Virus record (IMG/VR): IMGVR_UViG_3300024259_001623
Source: a virus
Taxonomy: Duplodnaviria > Caudoviricetes
Strand: one strand, 5' to 3'
DNA: 64,000 nucleotides
Below are positions 7,896-15,645 of the stretch, in pieces. The notes under the pieces are model-generated. The model had not been told where the DNA came from and made no database searches. It worked only from the letters and a program-made list of their open reading frames with translations. Made by a program: the position numbers and the translations under genes. Numbering within the stretch: position 1 is the first letter of the stretch; the number at the start of each line of letters is the position of its first letter.

Positions 7896-8348
7896 TTATC
7901 CCTTCCATTTCTCATAATGTTCAACGATAAACTTTTTAGCAGCACTCAGTTTCTTCTCATCTTCTTCTGGATCGAGAGAAAAAGGAATAGCCCAAGACAG
8001 TCTACCACCTATTTCATAATTCTCCATATATTGAACTTGTACTCCACCTTCTATTACATAAGATACAGAACCGAAATTGCTTCGTGGATAGAAACTATAT
8101 ACTGTATCATCATTTGTACGACAACTTGCTCGTTCTGCCGCTTCAAACTGGAACAACTCTTCATTTCTTGCCTGTAATAGTTCCATGTTATCTTCAACGA
8201 AGAAATCGAACTTCAAATCTGCTTCTCTTTTAAGCCTTCTGGCGTCTTTTTCAAGACGCTTGGCCGTATCATTCATATCCAGAATTTCTTTCATCTGACC
8301 ATTCAAATCTTCAATTACTGTCGTATTATTATCCATCGCTTTCTCCAA
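7896..8348 (-). CDS. Tandem paralog family copy 2
   Basis: LSWAIPFSLDPEEDEKKL. Confidence 0.7.
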   Translation of the reverse strand: MEKAMDNNTTVIEDLNGQMKEILDMNDTAKRLEKDARRLKREADLKFDFFVEDNMELLQARNEELFQFEAAERASCRTNDDTVYSFYPRSNFGSVSYVIEGGVQVQYMENYEIGGRLSWAIPFSLDPEEDEKKLSAAKKFIVEHYEKWKG

Positions 8349-8802
8349 ATTTTTCTTTCAACTTCAAATACTCTCTGTATTCTCTGTCTCTTTTTTCTTT
8401 TTCTTTAGATTCTTTCTGTTCATTATAAAAATCAATCAATTCTCGCGTTGCTTTCTCAAGCAAAACTTTATCTTTTTCTTCATCAACGGCAAACGGAATA
8501 GTCCATTGCTCCCAATTGTCGTCATAATAATCACTACAATCCTCAACTTCCAAATGATCAGCATAAATCGCAAGAACAGTTCCAAAAACTGAACTTTTAT
8601 ATTGCCAATGACGAGGATAGCCACCAGACAGTTCTAATTCCAAATCATACAATTCTCTTGTTCTTGCAGCAATCCTGTCAAAATATGTATTCAAAAAATC
8701 TTGACATATCTCTCTATGGGCCGCTTCTAATTCCGAGACTTTCTTTTTAGCTTCCTTTAGCTTTTCGCCAACTTCGATAAATTCTTCGATAAAATTTCTC
8801 AT
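8329..8802 (-). CDS. Tandem paralog family copy 3
   Basis: QWTIPFAVDEEKDKVLL. Confidence 0.7.
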   Translation of the reverse strand: MRNFIEEFIEVGEKLKEAKKKVSELEAAHREICQDFLNTYFDRIAARTRELYDLELELSGGYPRHWQYKSSVFGTVLAIYADHLEVEDCSDYYDDNWEQWTIPFAVDEEKDKVLLEKATRELIDFYNEQKESKEKEKRDREYREYLKLKEKFGESDG

Positions 8803-9189
8803 TTATTTTTCCTCATATACTGCTTGAATCTTGTTCTTTGTCTCTTCCAGAATCTTTTTGTCTTCTTCTTCATCCTCAACAAAAGGAATCCAGCACAAAT
8901 GATCATCATACCTGCCGGTATTTTTATGTACTAGAATCCGATCCTCTAATATGTCAACTATAGTATCGAAATAAAGATCACGATACATACCAACATATTG
9001 TACTGGAGATTCTTTCCATGTTGTCATCTCAAAACAATACAATTCCATAAGTCTTTCGTAAATTCTACCACTATATTTTGAATGAAAAGAATTAATAAAA
9101 GCATCTCTAGACTGTTTCAACTTTTTTATATTCTTTTGATTTTCTTGAAAATCTGCTATATCCATTTTAGACTCCATAATGTTCTTCAA
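8803..9189 (-). CDS. Tandem paralog family copy 4
   Basis: LCWIPFVEDEEEDKKIL. Confidence 0.7.
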   Translation of the reverse strand: MKNIMESKMDIADFQENQKNIKKLKQSRDAFINSFHSKYSGRIYERLMELYCFEMTTWKESPVQYVGMYRDLYFDTIVDILEDRILVHKNTGRYDDHLCWIPFVEDEEEDKKILEETKNKIQAVYEEK

Positions 9190-9544
9190 CTTCTTTTTTG
9201 GCTTCTTCTAAAAGAACCTCATCTTTTTCTTCATCAACGGAAAAAGGTAAAACCCACATATATTTCAATGGAGTATCCAGACCGCAATATGACACTTTCA
9301 CACTATCTTCTGATATATCTTCAATTTTTAAAAACACGTTTTTGAAATATATGTAATGTTCATCTCTCCAAGAGATTTTGGCTTGTGAAGAACAGTCAGC
9401 CTCAAACTCATATAATTCTTCCGCTATTTTAAGAAGCCTAGTTCCGTACAAATTATAAAAGTCTCTAACAAACTGAGATTGTTCAGCCCGCAACTGTTCT
9501 ATCTTTTTCTTATTCTCTGCAAAAACTTTAACATCCATTTTCAT
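9167..9544 (-). CDS. Tandem paralog family copy 5
   Basis: MWVLPFSVDEEKDEVLL; start adjusted to MKMDVK because the upstream part overlaps a tRNA-like RNA. Confidence 0.7.
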   Translation of the reverse strand: MKMDVKVFAENKKKIEQLRAEQSQFVRDFYNLYGTRLLKIAEELYEFEADCSSQAKISWRDEHYIYFKNVFLKIEDISEDSVKVSYCGLDTPLKYMWVLPFSVDEEKDEVLLEEAKKEVEEHYGV

Positions 9545-9562
9545 CTTTCCTATTTTAGAAAT

Positions 9563-9682
9563 AGGGCAAGGCTGGACTTGAACCAGCATCTCAGGCCACA
9601 TAAGCATTTGAAGAGTTCTTATGGTTTCTAAAAAACATTCTTATTGTTGTCAGCCCCCGCTCTACCGTTAAGCTACCTGCCC
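9563..9682 (-). ncRNA. tRNA-like RNA with 55-nt region replacing the anticodon loop
   Basis: Acceptor GGGCAGG/CTTGCCC, D arm GCTT-AACGGTA-GAGC, intact T arm GCTGG-TTCAAGT-CCAGC; 9598-9652 lies between the anticodon-stem strands. Confidence 0.7.
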
Positions 9683-9756
9683 AAATATCAACAACCTTTA
9701 CAGCATCCTCTTTTGCTGCGTCCTCATCAGGGAAAAACACCGGACTAAATATAAAA

Positions 9757-9830
9757 TAGGGCGAGAGGGATTCGAACCCTCAACTTTTCGGTTAAAAGCC
9801 GAATACTCTGATCCATTGAGTTACCGCCCC
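9757..9830 (-). tRNA. tRNA-Lys(TTT)
   Basis: TTCGG-CTTTTAA-CCGAA. Confidence 0.92.
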
Positions 9831-9836
9831 GTTAAA

Positions 9837-10109
9837 CTATTCTACTGGAACCCATTTGGTTACAGTAACTTCTTTCTTTACAACTTCTACTGGTTCAGGA
9901 TCATCATAATCAAACGGTCCTTCATCCTGAGTCTCAGTTGCTCCTACGCTCCAACATAAAGAATAATGCTTACCAGAAGGCTTATGTTTGAATACGCCCT
10001 CATAATGAATAGACCATCGACTAGTATCTATAACCTCTCCCTCTATACGTTCCCAATCATCATGATCATTATAAACAATATCAGCACCTTCTACTCTTGT
10101 TAATTTCAT
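9837..10109 (-). CDS. Conserved phage hypothetical protein
   Basis: DTSRWSIHYEGVF...GATETQD pattern typical of small phage proteins. Confidence 0.65.
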   Translation of the reverse strand: MKLTRVEGADIVYNDHDDWERIEGEVIDTSRWSIHYEGVFKHKPSGKHYSLCWSVGATETQDEGPFDYDDPEPVEVVKKEVTVTKWVPVE

Positions 10110-10351
10110 AATATTCTTCCTTCTCTCTTAAAAATCTCTTCCATTCTCAACGCATTGGCATAAGCATCTTCTGGTTCATATCCATGAATCAGATTTGCTT
10201 TAATCCAACCTTCAAAACGAAGTCTATCTCTGTCTCTTGCTTCCCTTTTGATCTTCATAGCCTCAAATCTACAAGTACTATGATAACCTTTTTCCTTATC
10301 ATTTGCCTCATAAAGCTCTATACCGCAAACAAAACATTCTTCTTTGGACAT
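10106..10351 (-). CDS. Hypothetical protein
   Basis: ORF track, ATGA overlap. Confidence 0.55.
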   Translation of the reverse strand: MSKEECFVCGIELYEANDKEKGYHSTCRFEAMKIKREARDRDRLRFEGWIKANLIHGYEPEDAYANALRMEEIFKREGRIL

Positions 10352-10363
10352 TTTTCTTCTTCC

Positions 10364-10585
10364 TTATTCTAAATCTATGCCAAATTCTTTTTTAACAGCA
10401 TCCTTAAACATCTGTACGACCTCTGGATGCAAATCTTTTCTATCTTGTAACTCAGACATAGTATAAAGCCCAAACCTGTCACAAATGGATTTTTTCAAAT
10501 CTTTCTTAAACTTTCTAACATCCACTTTGTGGTCTATTCTAACTTCATGCTCTAATATACGATCCAAAGTTGCTTTAGAAAACAT
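10364..10585 (-). CDS. Hypothetical protein
   Basis: ORF track. Confidence 0.55.
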   Translation of the reverse strand: MFSKATLDRILEHEVRIDHKVDVRKFKKDLKKSICDRFGLYTMSELQDRKDLHPEVVQMFKDAVKKEFGIDLE

Positions 10586-10594
10586 TATAACCCC

Positions 10595-10825
10595 TTAACT
10601 ATTAAAACTATTTACTCTATCTTGGATATCCTGCTGAAACCTCTTTAAATCACTTTCCTCTCCAGAAACAGTTACATAGAACATGGAATCAAGCCATCCC
10701 TTATCCTCATCAACTGTTATTTGAACAGAATGATAAGTAGATGTGTAATATAATAGGCTTCTTACTTGGCGTCTTAGGATAATACCTGCTGACATCTGAA
10801 AACGCAATGTTGCTGTATCACTCAT
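10595..10825 (-). CDS. Hypothetical protein
   Basis: ORF track. Confidence 0.55.
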   Translation of the reverse strand: MSDTATLRFQMSAGIILRRQVRSLLYYTSTYHSVQITVDEDKGWLDSMFYVTVSGEESDLKRFQQDIQDRVNSFNS

Positions 10826-11229
10826 TATTTCTTCTTTCCTATTCCTAGAACATCCTTCCCATACTTTTCAATAGCGTCTGATAACATCCAATCATAATCA
10901 AATACGAAATTATTATCTTCTACCCATTGATTACAATAATTTCGCCAAATCGAAAGAACAGTAAAATCATCTAAACCGAATGTTTCATCATAAGCCCAAC
11001 AATCATCATCTTCCCCAAAACGCATTTTAATTTCTGTTCCCCAGCCTTCTCCACCGAAGAAAAGATCATCATCCTTAATTAATATAAGACGACGTTGACA
11101 GAACATATCGGCGGTGTAACTGCTCCATACAGGCCAACCGATTACAGGTTGTACCTTCTTGACATATTCGTCTATCGCTTCTTTAATGGTTTGATCTTCT
11201 ATACTACTCAAAATAAACTCCTTCTTCAA
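10825..11229 (-). CDS. Hypothetical protein
   Basis: ORF track, ATGA overlap with HNH. Confidence 0.6.
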   Translation of the reverse strand: MKKEFILSSIEDQTIKEAIDEYVKKVQPVIGWPVWSSYTADMFCQRRLILIKDDDLFFGGEGWGTEIKMRFGEDDDCWAYDETFGLDDFTVLSIWRNYCNQWVEDNNFVFDYDWMLSDAIEKYGKDVLGIGKKK

Positions 11230-11777
11230 TCAATTAACTTCAACTTTCTTGCACGTTTTCTAACAGCATTGTCTGTTACTCCCAATATTTTTCCGATTTT
11301 AACAAAAGAATATTGCTCTATTAATGCTTTTAAATCTACTTCTTCCCATTTAACTTTTCTAGATTTTCTTGTGGCACATAATCTACTACAAGTTTTTTGT
11401 TTCTTTATCTTCATATTACCGCATACAGGACATTTATCCGTTTCCGGTTTTTTCTTTTCTTTATAAGTAACAAATAACTCATTAAACTTTTTTGCATTTT
11501 TAGGAATTTTTCTTTCGCCATAATGTATTTCTGCATGACAATTCCCACAAACTAAAACACATTTTCTTAACTCTTTTATGATTTTGCCCCAACTCTTAGG
11601 ATTAGCTTTAATCTTGCCAAAAGAGAATTCTTTTTCATTTGGGTCTAGATGATGTAGATGCAATGCTGCATGACATTTATTATATCCACAACAAACACAT
11701 TTAGACCCCATTGACTTAACAATACGCTCTTTTGTGTGCTTACGCCATCTCTGAACCTTTTCAGCAGGAGAAAACAT
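11226..11777 (-). CDS. HNH endonuclease with C-terminal HTH (putative homing endonuclease)
   Basis: CVCCG...LHLHHLDP...CVLVCGNCHAEIH. Confidence 0.85.
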   Translation of the reverse strand: MFSPAEKVQRWRKHTKERIVKSMGSKCVCCGYNKCHAALHLHHLDPNEKEFSFGKIKANPKSWGKIIKELRKCVLVCGNCHAEIHYGERKIPKNAKKFNELFVTYKEKKKPETDKCPVCGNMKIKKQKTCSRLCATRKSRKVKWEEVDLKALIEQYSFVKIGKILGVTDNAVRKRARKLKLID

Positions 11778-11854
11778 GTTTAACCTCCATATATAAAATT
11801 AACAATACTAGTTAACTCTATATATCGAGATTTGCATCAAAAACCTTTACTTAC

Positions 11855-11927
11855 CTCCTGCGGCAAGCTCTGCCCTTGCAACTTCCGGTTTAACAGACCG
11901 GCGTTCTACTAATTGAACTACGCAGGA
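11855..11927 (-). tRNA. tRNA-Asn(GTT) with atypical T loop
   Basis: CCGGT-CTGTTAA-ACCGG; acceptor TCCTGCG/CGCAGGA; T arm GCAAG-GGCAGAG-CTTGC. Confidence 0.8.
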
Positions 11928-11930
11928 ATC

Positions 11931-11961
11931 TACAATACAAACTATTTACAATACAAACTAT
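11931..11961. repeat. 15-bp direct repeat TACAATACAAACTAT x2
   Basis: Copies at 11931-11945 and 11947-11961. Confidence 0.85.
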
Positions 11962-11962
11962 A

Positions 11963-11992
11963 TCAATCGCTCTACCACTCGACTACCCAGGA
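11963..11992 (-). pseudogene. Orphan 5' half of a tRNA
   Basis: TCCTGGG-TA-GTCG-AGTGGTA-GAGC-G followed by non-tRNA sequence. Confidence 0.5.
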
Positions 11993-12004
11993 ATTTACAA
12001 TACG

Positions 12005-12214
12005 TTACGCCATATTAAAATTAAGTCTAACATCATGAAGTTTATTACAACCAGTACACATAATTTCAACAGAAGCTTCACTTACATATACATCATCATA
12101 GAATCCTTCTTCTTCAATGCATATTTCATTATTTTTGACTTCAACTGTTTTCATAGAATTATCATTAGGACAAATAAAACTGACAACTAATTTCTCGCAC
12201 TTTATTGTTTTCAT
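12005..12214 (-). CDS. Small Zn-ribbon protein
   Basis: SFICPN...CTGCNKLH. Confidence 0.6.
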   Translation of the reverse strand: MKTIKCEKLVVSFICPNDNSMKTVEVKNNEICIEEEGFYDDVYVSEASVEIMCTGCNKLHDVRLNFNMA

Positions 12215-12233
12215 AAGATTTTCCTTCGATTCA

Positions 12234-12488
12234 TTACCAATTAATCTCTACTTCATGTGTTTCGCCGCAAGGACAAGAGATGTTAGTAGTTATACGATAA
12301 ATAGAATCATCTTCGGCATAATGAAATTCTACTTCCTTATTGTATAACTTTTCTTTTAACGCTTCTTGACTTATTGACGTTGATCTAATGCAATCATCTT
12401 TTTCTGTAGCATTAGGGCATTTAAATGCAACAAAAAATGATACAAGTGTCGCTTTTGCTTTTTTCATAAAAATTACCTCAACTCTCAA
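12234..12488 (-). CDS. Small Zn-ribbon protein
   Basis: AFKCPN...SCPCGETH. Confidence 0.6.
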   Translation of the reverse strand: MRVEVIFMKKAKATLVSFFVAFKCPNATEKDDCIRSTSISQEALKEKLYNKEVEFHYAEDDSIYRITTNISCPCGETHEVEINW

Positions 12489-12524
12489 AAATTTTGCTCA
12501 TCGCATCAGGGACATCCTGATTAA

Positions 12525-12550
12525 CAGGGTAAGAAGGATTTGAACCTATA
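12525..12550 (-). pseudogene. Degenerate tRNA 3' fragment (T arm plus acceptor strand)
   Basis: ATAGG-TTCAAAT-CCTTC-TTACCCT-G just after the HNH stop. Confidence 0.45.
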
Positions 12551-12563
12551 CTATAACATTCAT

Positions 12564-13265
12564 TCATCTTACCCATTTTCTAATTGCATTGTCACTAACT
12601 CCATATTTTCTAGCGATTGCACAAATCGACATAGTTTCCATCATTTTTTGTAATTCTTCTATAGATGGTCTTTTTACTTTTCTTCGTTTCAAACCATTTG
12701 CTTTAGCTGAACATTCTTTACATCTTTTCGATTGTAAAGAAATTTTTTTGCCACATTCGCAAAAAATAATTTTCTTTTTGTAGATAACATTTCGCCCAGC
12801 GAATGTAGAAGTTTGACTATTACAGTTAGGACATAAAAACCTTAAATTTTTTATTCTATGATCATTACTAATTCCATTAATATGATCTAGAACTAAAACT
12901 AATGGTTTTTCTTTCCAAACTGAAGATTGTTCACAAATAGAACATTCATATTTTAATATTTTTTCTTCGACCAATCTTTTCTTTAAAGAACCGCGATTAT
13001 AAGTAGAATTCTTAACTAAAACTTTATCTAGAGGTAATTTTTCTTTATTTTTAAAGCCCCTTACCCTAATTTCTTCTGATCTTTTTCGTAGTTGAGTTAA
13101 ATCTATATTGTCAAACTCACATCTGTCTCTTAATGTTTTATAATTCCCACCTTTGTTAGCTAAATCAAAAAATTGTAAAACGTCGGAAAAAGTGTTTCTT
13201 TTTGATATTACATCAACTAAAGTTTCTTTATTTATTTTCCAAATAGGACTGCGATGTTTTTTCAT
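12564..13265 (-). CDS. HNH endonuclease with C-terminal HTH (putative homing endonuclease)
   Basis: CSICE...LVLDHINGISNDHRIKNLRFLCPNC. Confidence 0.88.
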   Translation of the reverse strand: MKKHRSPIWKINKETLVDVISKRNTFSDVLQFFDLANKGGNYKTLRDRCEFDNIDLTQLRKRSEEIRVRGFKNKEKLPLDKVLVKNSTYNRGSLKKRLVEEKILKYECSICEQSSVWKEKPLVLVLDHINGISNDHRIKNLRFLCPNCNSQTSTFAGRNVIYKKKIIFCECGKKISLQSKRCKECSAKANGLKRRKVKRPSIEELQKMMETMSICAIARKYGVSDNAIRKWVR

Positions 13266-13341
13266 AGTGGTACTCCTTTACCACTATATCGGATTAATTG
13301 GAAACATGTCTATTCTTTATTTTTATATGTTTCCAATTAAA

Positions 13342-13415
13342 CAAGGCAGGCTGGACTCGAACCAGCAACCGAGAGAATCAAAATCTCCCATTCTATCCAA
13401 TTGAACTACTGCCTT
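13342..13415 (-). tRNA. tRNA-Gln(TTG)
   Basis: GGAGA-TTTTGAT-TCTCT; acceptor AAGGCAG/CTGCCTT, G73. Confidence 0.85.
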
Positions 13416-13422
13416 ATATAGT

Positions 13423-13528
13423 ATTTACGGGGAGGATTCAAACCTAATCAACTATAAGCGATCAACCTTACAGCGACTCCATCTATCCCTTAAAGAGAGA
13501 TCACTTTATCTTTTTAAGCTACCGTAAT
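13423..13528 (-). ncRNA. tRNA-Lys(TTT)-like RNA with 33-nt hairpin insertion in T stem (51/52)
   Basis: ATCTC-TCTTTAA-GGGAT; removing 13445-13477 restores GGAGG-TTTGAAT-CCTCC. Confidence 0.65.
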
Positions 13529-13533
13529 ACTAA

Positions 13534-13606
13534 TACCCCCAGCAGGGATCGAACCTGCGACCTTTTGGGTAAGAACCAAATGCTCTACCAATTGAGCTAT
13601 GGAGGC
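13534..13606 (-). tRNA. tRNA-Lys(CTT)
   Basis: TTTGG-TTCTTAC-CCAAA. Confidence 0.9.
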
Positions 13607-13613
13607 GTAAAAA

Positions 13614-13787
13614 AGAGAACATGGTAGGATTTTAACCTACAAACTTTTGGGCCTTGATCAAGAGCAACCAAGACTGTACCCAAATTGTTGCCATTGCGGA
13701 CTAGTAACCGTAAGCACGTCTGCCTTCAATGGCCTCGTCCAAACCATTTCTGACGGTCTACACTTAACTTTGTGTAGCATATTCTCT
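13614..13787 (-). ncRNA. 174-nt structured RNA with tRNA-like ends (10-bp terminal stem plus T-arm-like hairpin)
   Basis: AGAGAATATG/CATGTTCTCT; CTACAC/GTGTAG; GTAGG-TTAAAAT-CCTAC; TTTGGG/CCCAAA; lies inside the tRNA array. Confidence 0.6.
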
Positions 13788-13789
13788 AA

Positions 13790-13863
13790 TACGTCTGAGA
13801 GGATTCGAACCTCCAACAACCGCTTTAGAAGAGCGGGACTCTGATCCATTGAGCTACAGACGC
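13790..13863 (-). tRNA. tRNA-Arg(TCT)
   Basis: CCGCT-CTTCTAA-AGCGG. Confidence 0.92.
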
Positions 13864-13872
13864 AAATATAAA

Positions 13873-13947
13873 TTCTCCCGATAGGATTCGAACCTATAAC
13901 CTTTGGTTTAGGAAACCAACGCTCTAATCCTATTGAGCTACGAGAGC
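13873..13947 (-). tRNA. tRNA-Arg(CCT)
   Basis: TTGGT-TTCCTAA-ACCAA. Confidence 0.88.
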
Positions 13948-13952
13948 ATAAA

Positions 13953-14024
13953 AAGAGCAGATAGGATTCGAACCTATATCTAGAGATTCAGAGTCTCTTA
14001 TTCTGCCAATTGAACTACTGCTCT
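13953..14024 (-). tRNA. tRNA-Gln(CTG)
   Basis: AGAGA-CTCTGAA-TCTCT. Confidence 0.88.
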
Positions 14025-14030
14025 ATAAAA

Positions 14031-14114
14031 TGGATCAGGAAGGATTCGAACCTACTCAGCCTTACGGCACAAGATTTACAGTCTTGCCCAACTCTCCCAC
14101 GTTGGCGCTGATCC
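14031..14114 (-). tRNA. tRNA-Tyr(GTA)
   Basis: CAAGA-CTGTAAA-TCTTG; long variable arm GCC-GTAA-GGC. Confidence 0.92.
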
Positions 14115-14177
14115 GTTTTATTACATCCAAGTATATAATTGTCAAAAAGCTCTGAAAACCCTCAACGGTTTTCTAAG

Positions 14178-14252
14178 GGTGCCCAACGGGGTTCGAACCC
14201 GCAACCCCAAGATTCACAATCTTGTACTCTAGCCAATTGAGCTATGGGCACC
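14178..14252 (-). tRNA. tRNA-His(GTG)
   Basis: CAAGA-TTGTGAA-TCTTG; G-1:C73 pair. Confidence 0.92.
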
Positions 14253-14277
14253 ATGAAATAAATTTTAAAACAAACAA

Positions 14278-14349
14278 CACCGCCTGTCAGAATCGAACTG
14301 ACCGCATCGAGTTTTGGAGACTCAATCGCCTGCCTTGGCATTAGACGGC
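14278..14349 (-). tRNA. tRNA-Trp(CCA)
   Basis: TGAGT-CTCCAAA-ACTCG; G73. Confidence 0.85.
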
Positions 14350-14351
14350 AA

Positions 14352-14447
14352 CTAAACCAGCATTACTGGTAAACGTTTAACAAAAAACATAACAGCAGTT
14401 ATATAATCTGCTCTTTGCCATCGGCCATCAATTTGAACTTTAAACAT
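14352..14447 (-). CDS. Putative 31-aa small protein
   Basis: AAGGAG RBS then MFKVQIDGRWQRADYITAVMFFVKRLPVMLV*. Confidence 0.4.
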   Translation of the reverse strand: MFKVQIDGRWQRADYITAVMFFVKRLPVMLV

Positions 14448-14480
14448 TTTTTCTCCTTTCTTTTAAAAAACATTAATAAT

Positions 14481-14513
14481 AAAAAAGCCTACCGTTTTTA
14501 TGCGGTAGGCTTT
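14481..14513 (-). terminator. Intrinsic terminator (possibly bidirectional)
   Basis: AAAGCCTACCG stem with T-tract. Confidence 0.75.
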
Positions 14514-14539
14514 CATTTGCAATTTAAACTTTGAAAACT

Positions 14540-14629
14540 TTAACGCACAGTTCTTCTCCCCTTGACCGCTGTTCTAGCGGCCCATTGATTAATAAACATA
14601 TAATTATGTCGTGTGCGTTTCATAGTCAT
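14540..14629 (-). CDS. Putative 29-aa basic peptide
   Basis: AAGGA RBS; MTMKRTRHNYMFINQWAARTAVKGRRTVR* between promoter and terminator. Confidence 0.35.
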   Translation of the reverse strand: MTMKRTRHNYMFINQWAARTAVKGRRTVR

Positions 14630-14645
14630 AATCCTTTTCTACTAT

Positions 14646-14674
14646 ATTGTAGTATCCTACTTCATCTTTTGCAA
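14646..14674 (-). promoter_or_regulatory. Sigma70-like promoter
   Basis: TTGCAA-N17-TACAAT upstream of the tRNA region. Confidence 0.6.
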
Positions 14675-14697
14675 GTTGTTTTTTAAATTTTCTTTTT

Positions 14698-14744
14698 CTG
14701 GTCAGGGGAAAATTTTTCTGGTCAGGGGAAAATTTTACTGGTCA
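14698..14744. repeat. Tandem 20-bp repeat CTGGTCAGGGGAAAATTTTT (about 2.4 copies)
   Basis: Seen directly; contains a variant of the recurrent TCAGGGA motif. Confidence 0.85.
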
Positions 14745-15643
14745 TCTAGTAATGACTCTAAACTTTCCATAACATTTTTGTTTTCCTCTGTTTCGGCTTT
14801 TTCTTCTTCTGGCGTTTTTCTTTCTTTTCTTTTAACTTCAGACAAAACTTCTAATTTGAAACAACGGATTTTGCCTTTCCCAACGATAGCCCCGATATCT
14901 TCTATGTTGATTTTGACTTTAAATAGTTTTCCTAATCCATGATAATTCAAAGCCCCTTTTCTTGACCAAGCACTCAAACCATGACCATCCACAGCATCTA
15001 AATCACAATTACAATTAGATTCATAAACCCCATCTACCTCATATTTATAATGGAAGTTAAATATAGAATAACCATCTGCTCTGACGCTTTTATAAGCTAT
15101 AATATATTTATCATGAAATATATCATAATCAGTATTGTTTTGGATATATTTTAATTTGAATTCTGTAGAAGCATTAAGCCAATTGCCCTTTTTACAACGA
15201 CTGTCTGGATGATCTAGATAATGATCCAAAAAATTATCTTTAAGAAAACCACTAGAAATTTCTCGGAAAGCTTTTTGATATTTTATAACCCAAGGCCAAT
15301 AAAGGTCTTGGAATTTGTCCATTAGAAACTCTTTACTTAATTGATGATACAAAGTAACTACAGAACATAATCCTTTATGGACAATCACATTCCAAATCTC
15401 TTTAATGAAATCTTCATTTAGATTTTGGAACACAACTATACGCTCGAAATCACATTCTGTATAGAAATCTCTTATAAATTTCTCACTGACTTTTTGATAC
15501 CTAAAGATTACATTCCAATCTTCTTTGTCAAGTTCTATTACGTTATCTCTAATAAACCTTTCGTTAACAGTCCCATTTCGTATTGCCAGCTTCACATCTC
15601 TCATTTTAGGGGCGCATCCATCAAATGCTGTCTTATCAAACAC
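14735..15643 (-). CDS. Hypothetical protein with N-terminal Trp-repeat-like units and C-terminal domain resembling the rIIB-type core
   Basis: Repeated YQ-x-LS-x-x-FI units; IAYKSVR...HGLSAW...KVKI...GKIRC. Confidence 0.6.
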   Translation of the reverse strand: MFDKTAFDGCAPKMRDVKLAIRNGTVNERFIRDNVIELDKEDWNVIFRYQKVSEKFIRDFYTECDFERIVVFQNLNEDFIKEIWNVIVHKGLCSVVTLYHQLSKEFLMDKFQDLYWPWVIKYQKAFREISSGFLKDNFLDHYLDHPDSRCKKGNWLNASTEFKLKYIQNNTDYDIFHDKYIIAYKSVRADGYSIFNFHYKYEVDGVYESNCNCDLDAVDGHGLSAWSRKGALNYHGLGKLFKVKINIEDIGAIVGKGKIRCFKLEVLSEVKRKERKTPEEEKAETEENKNVMESLESLLDDQ

Positions 15644-15645
15644 TA

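Noticed and set aside
9700-9740. Hammerhead ribozyme (CTGATGAG on minus strand)
   Set aside because: No stem II followed by GAAA; better explained as a copy of the TCCCTGA motif
13647-13849. Two short ORFs on opposite strands
   Set aside because: They overlap tRNA-Arg and the structured 174-nt RNA and have no RBS
14698-14744. CRISPR array
   Set aside because: Repeats are directly tandem with no spacers; no cas genes in the window
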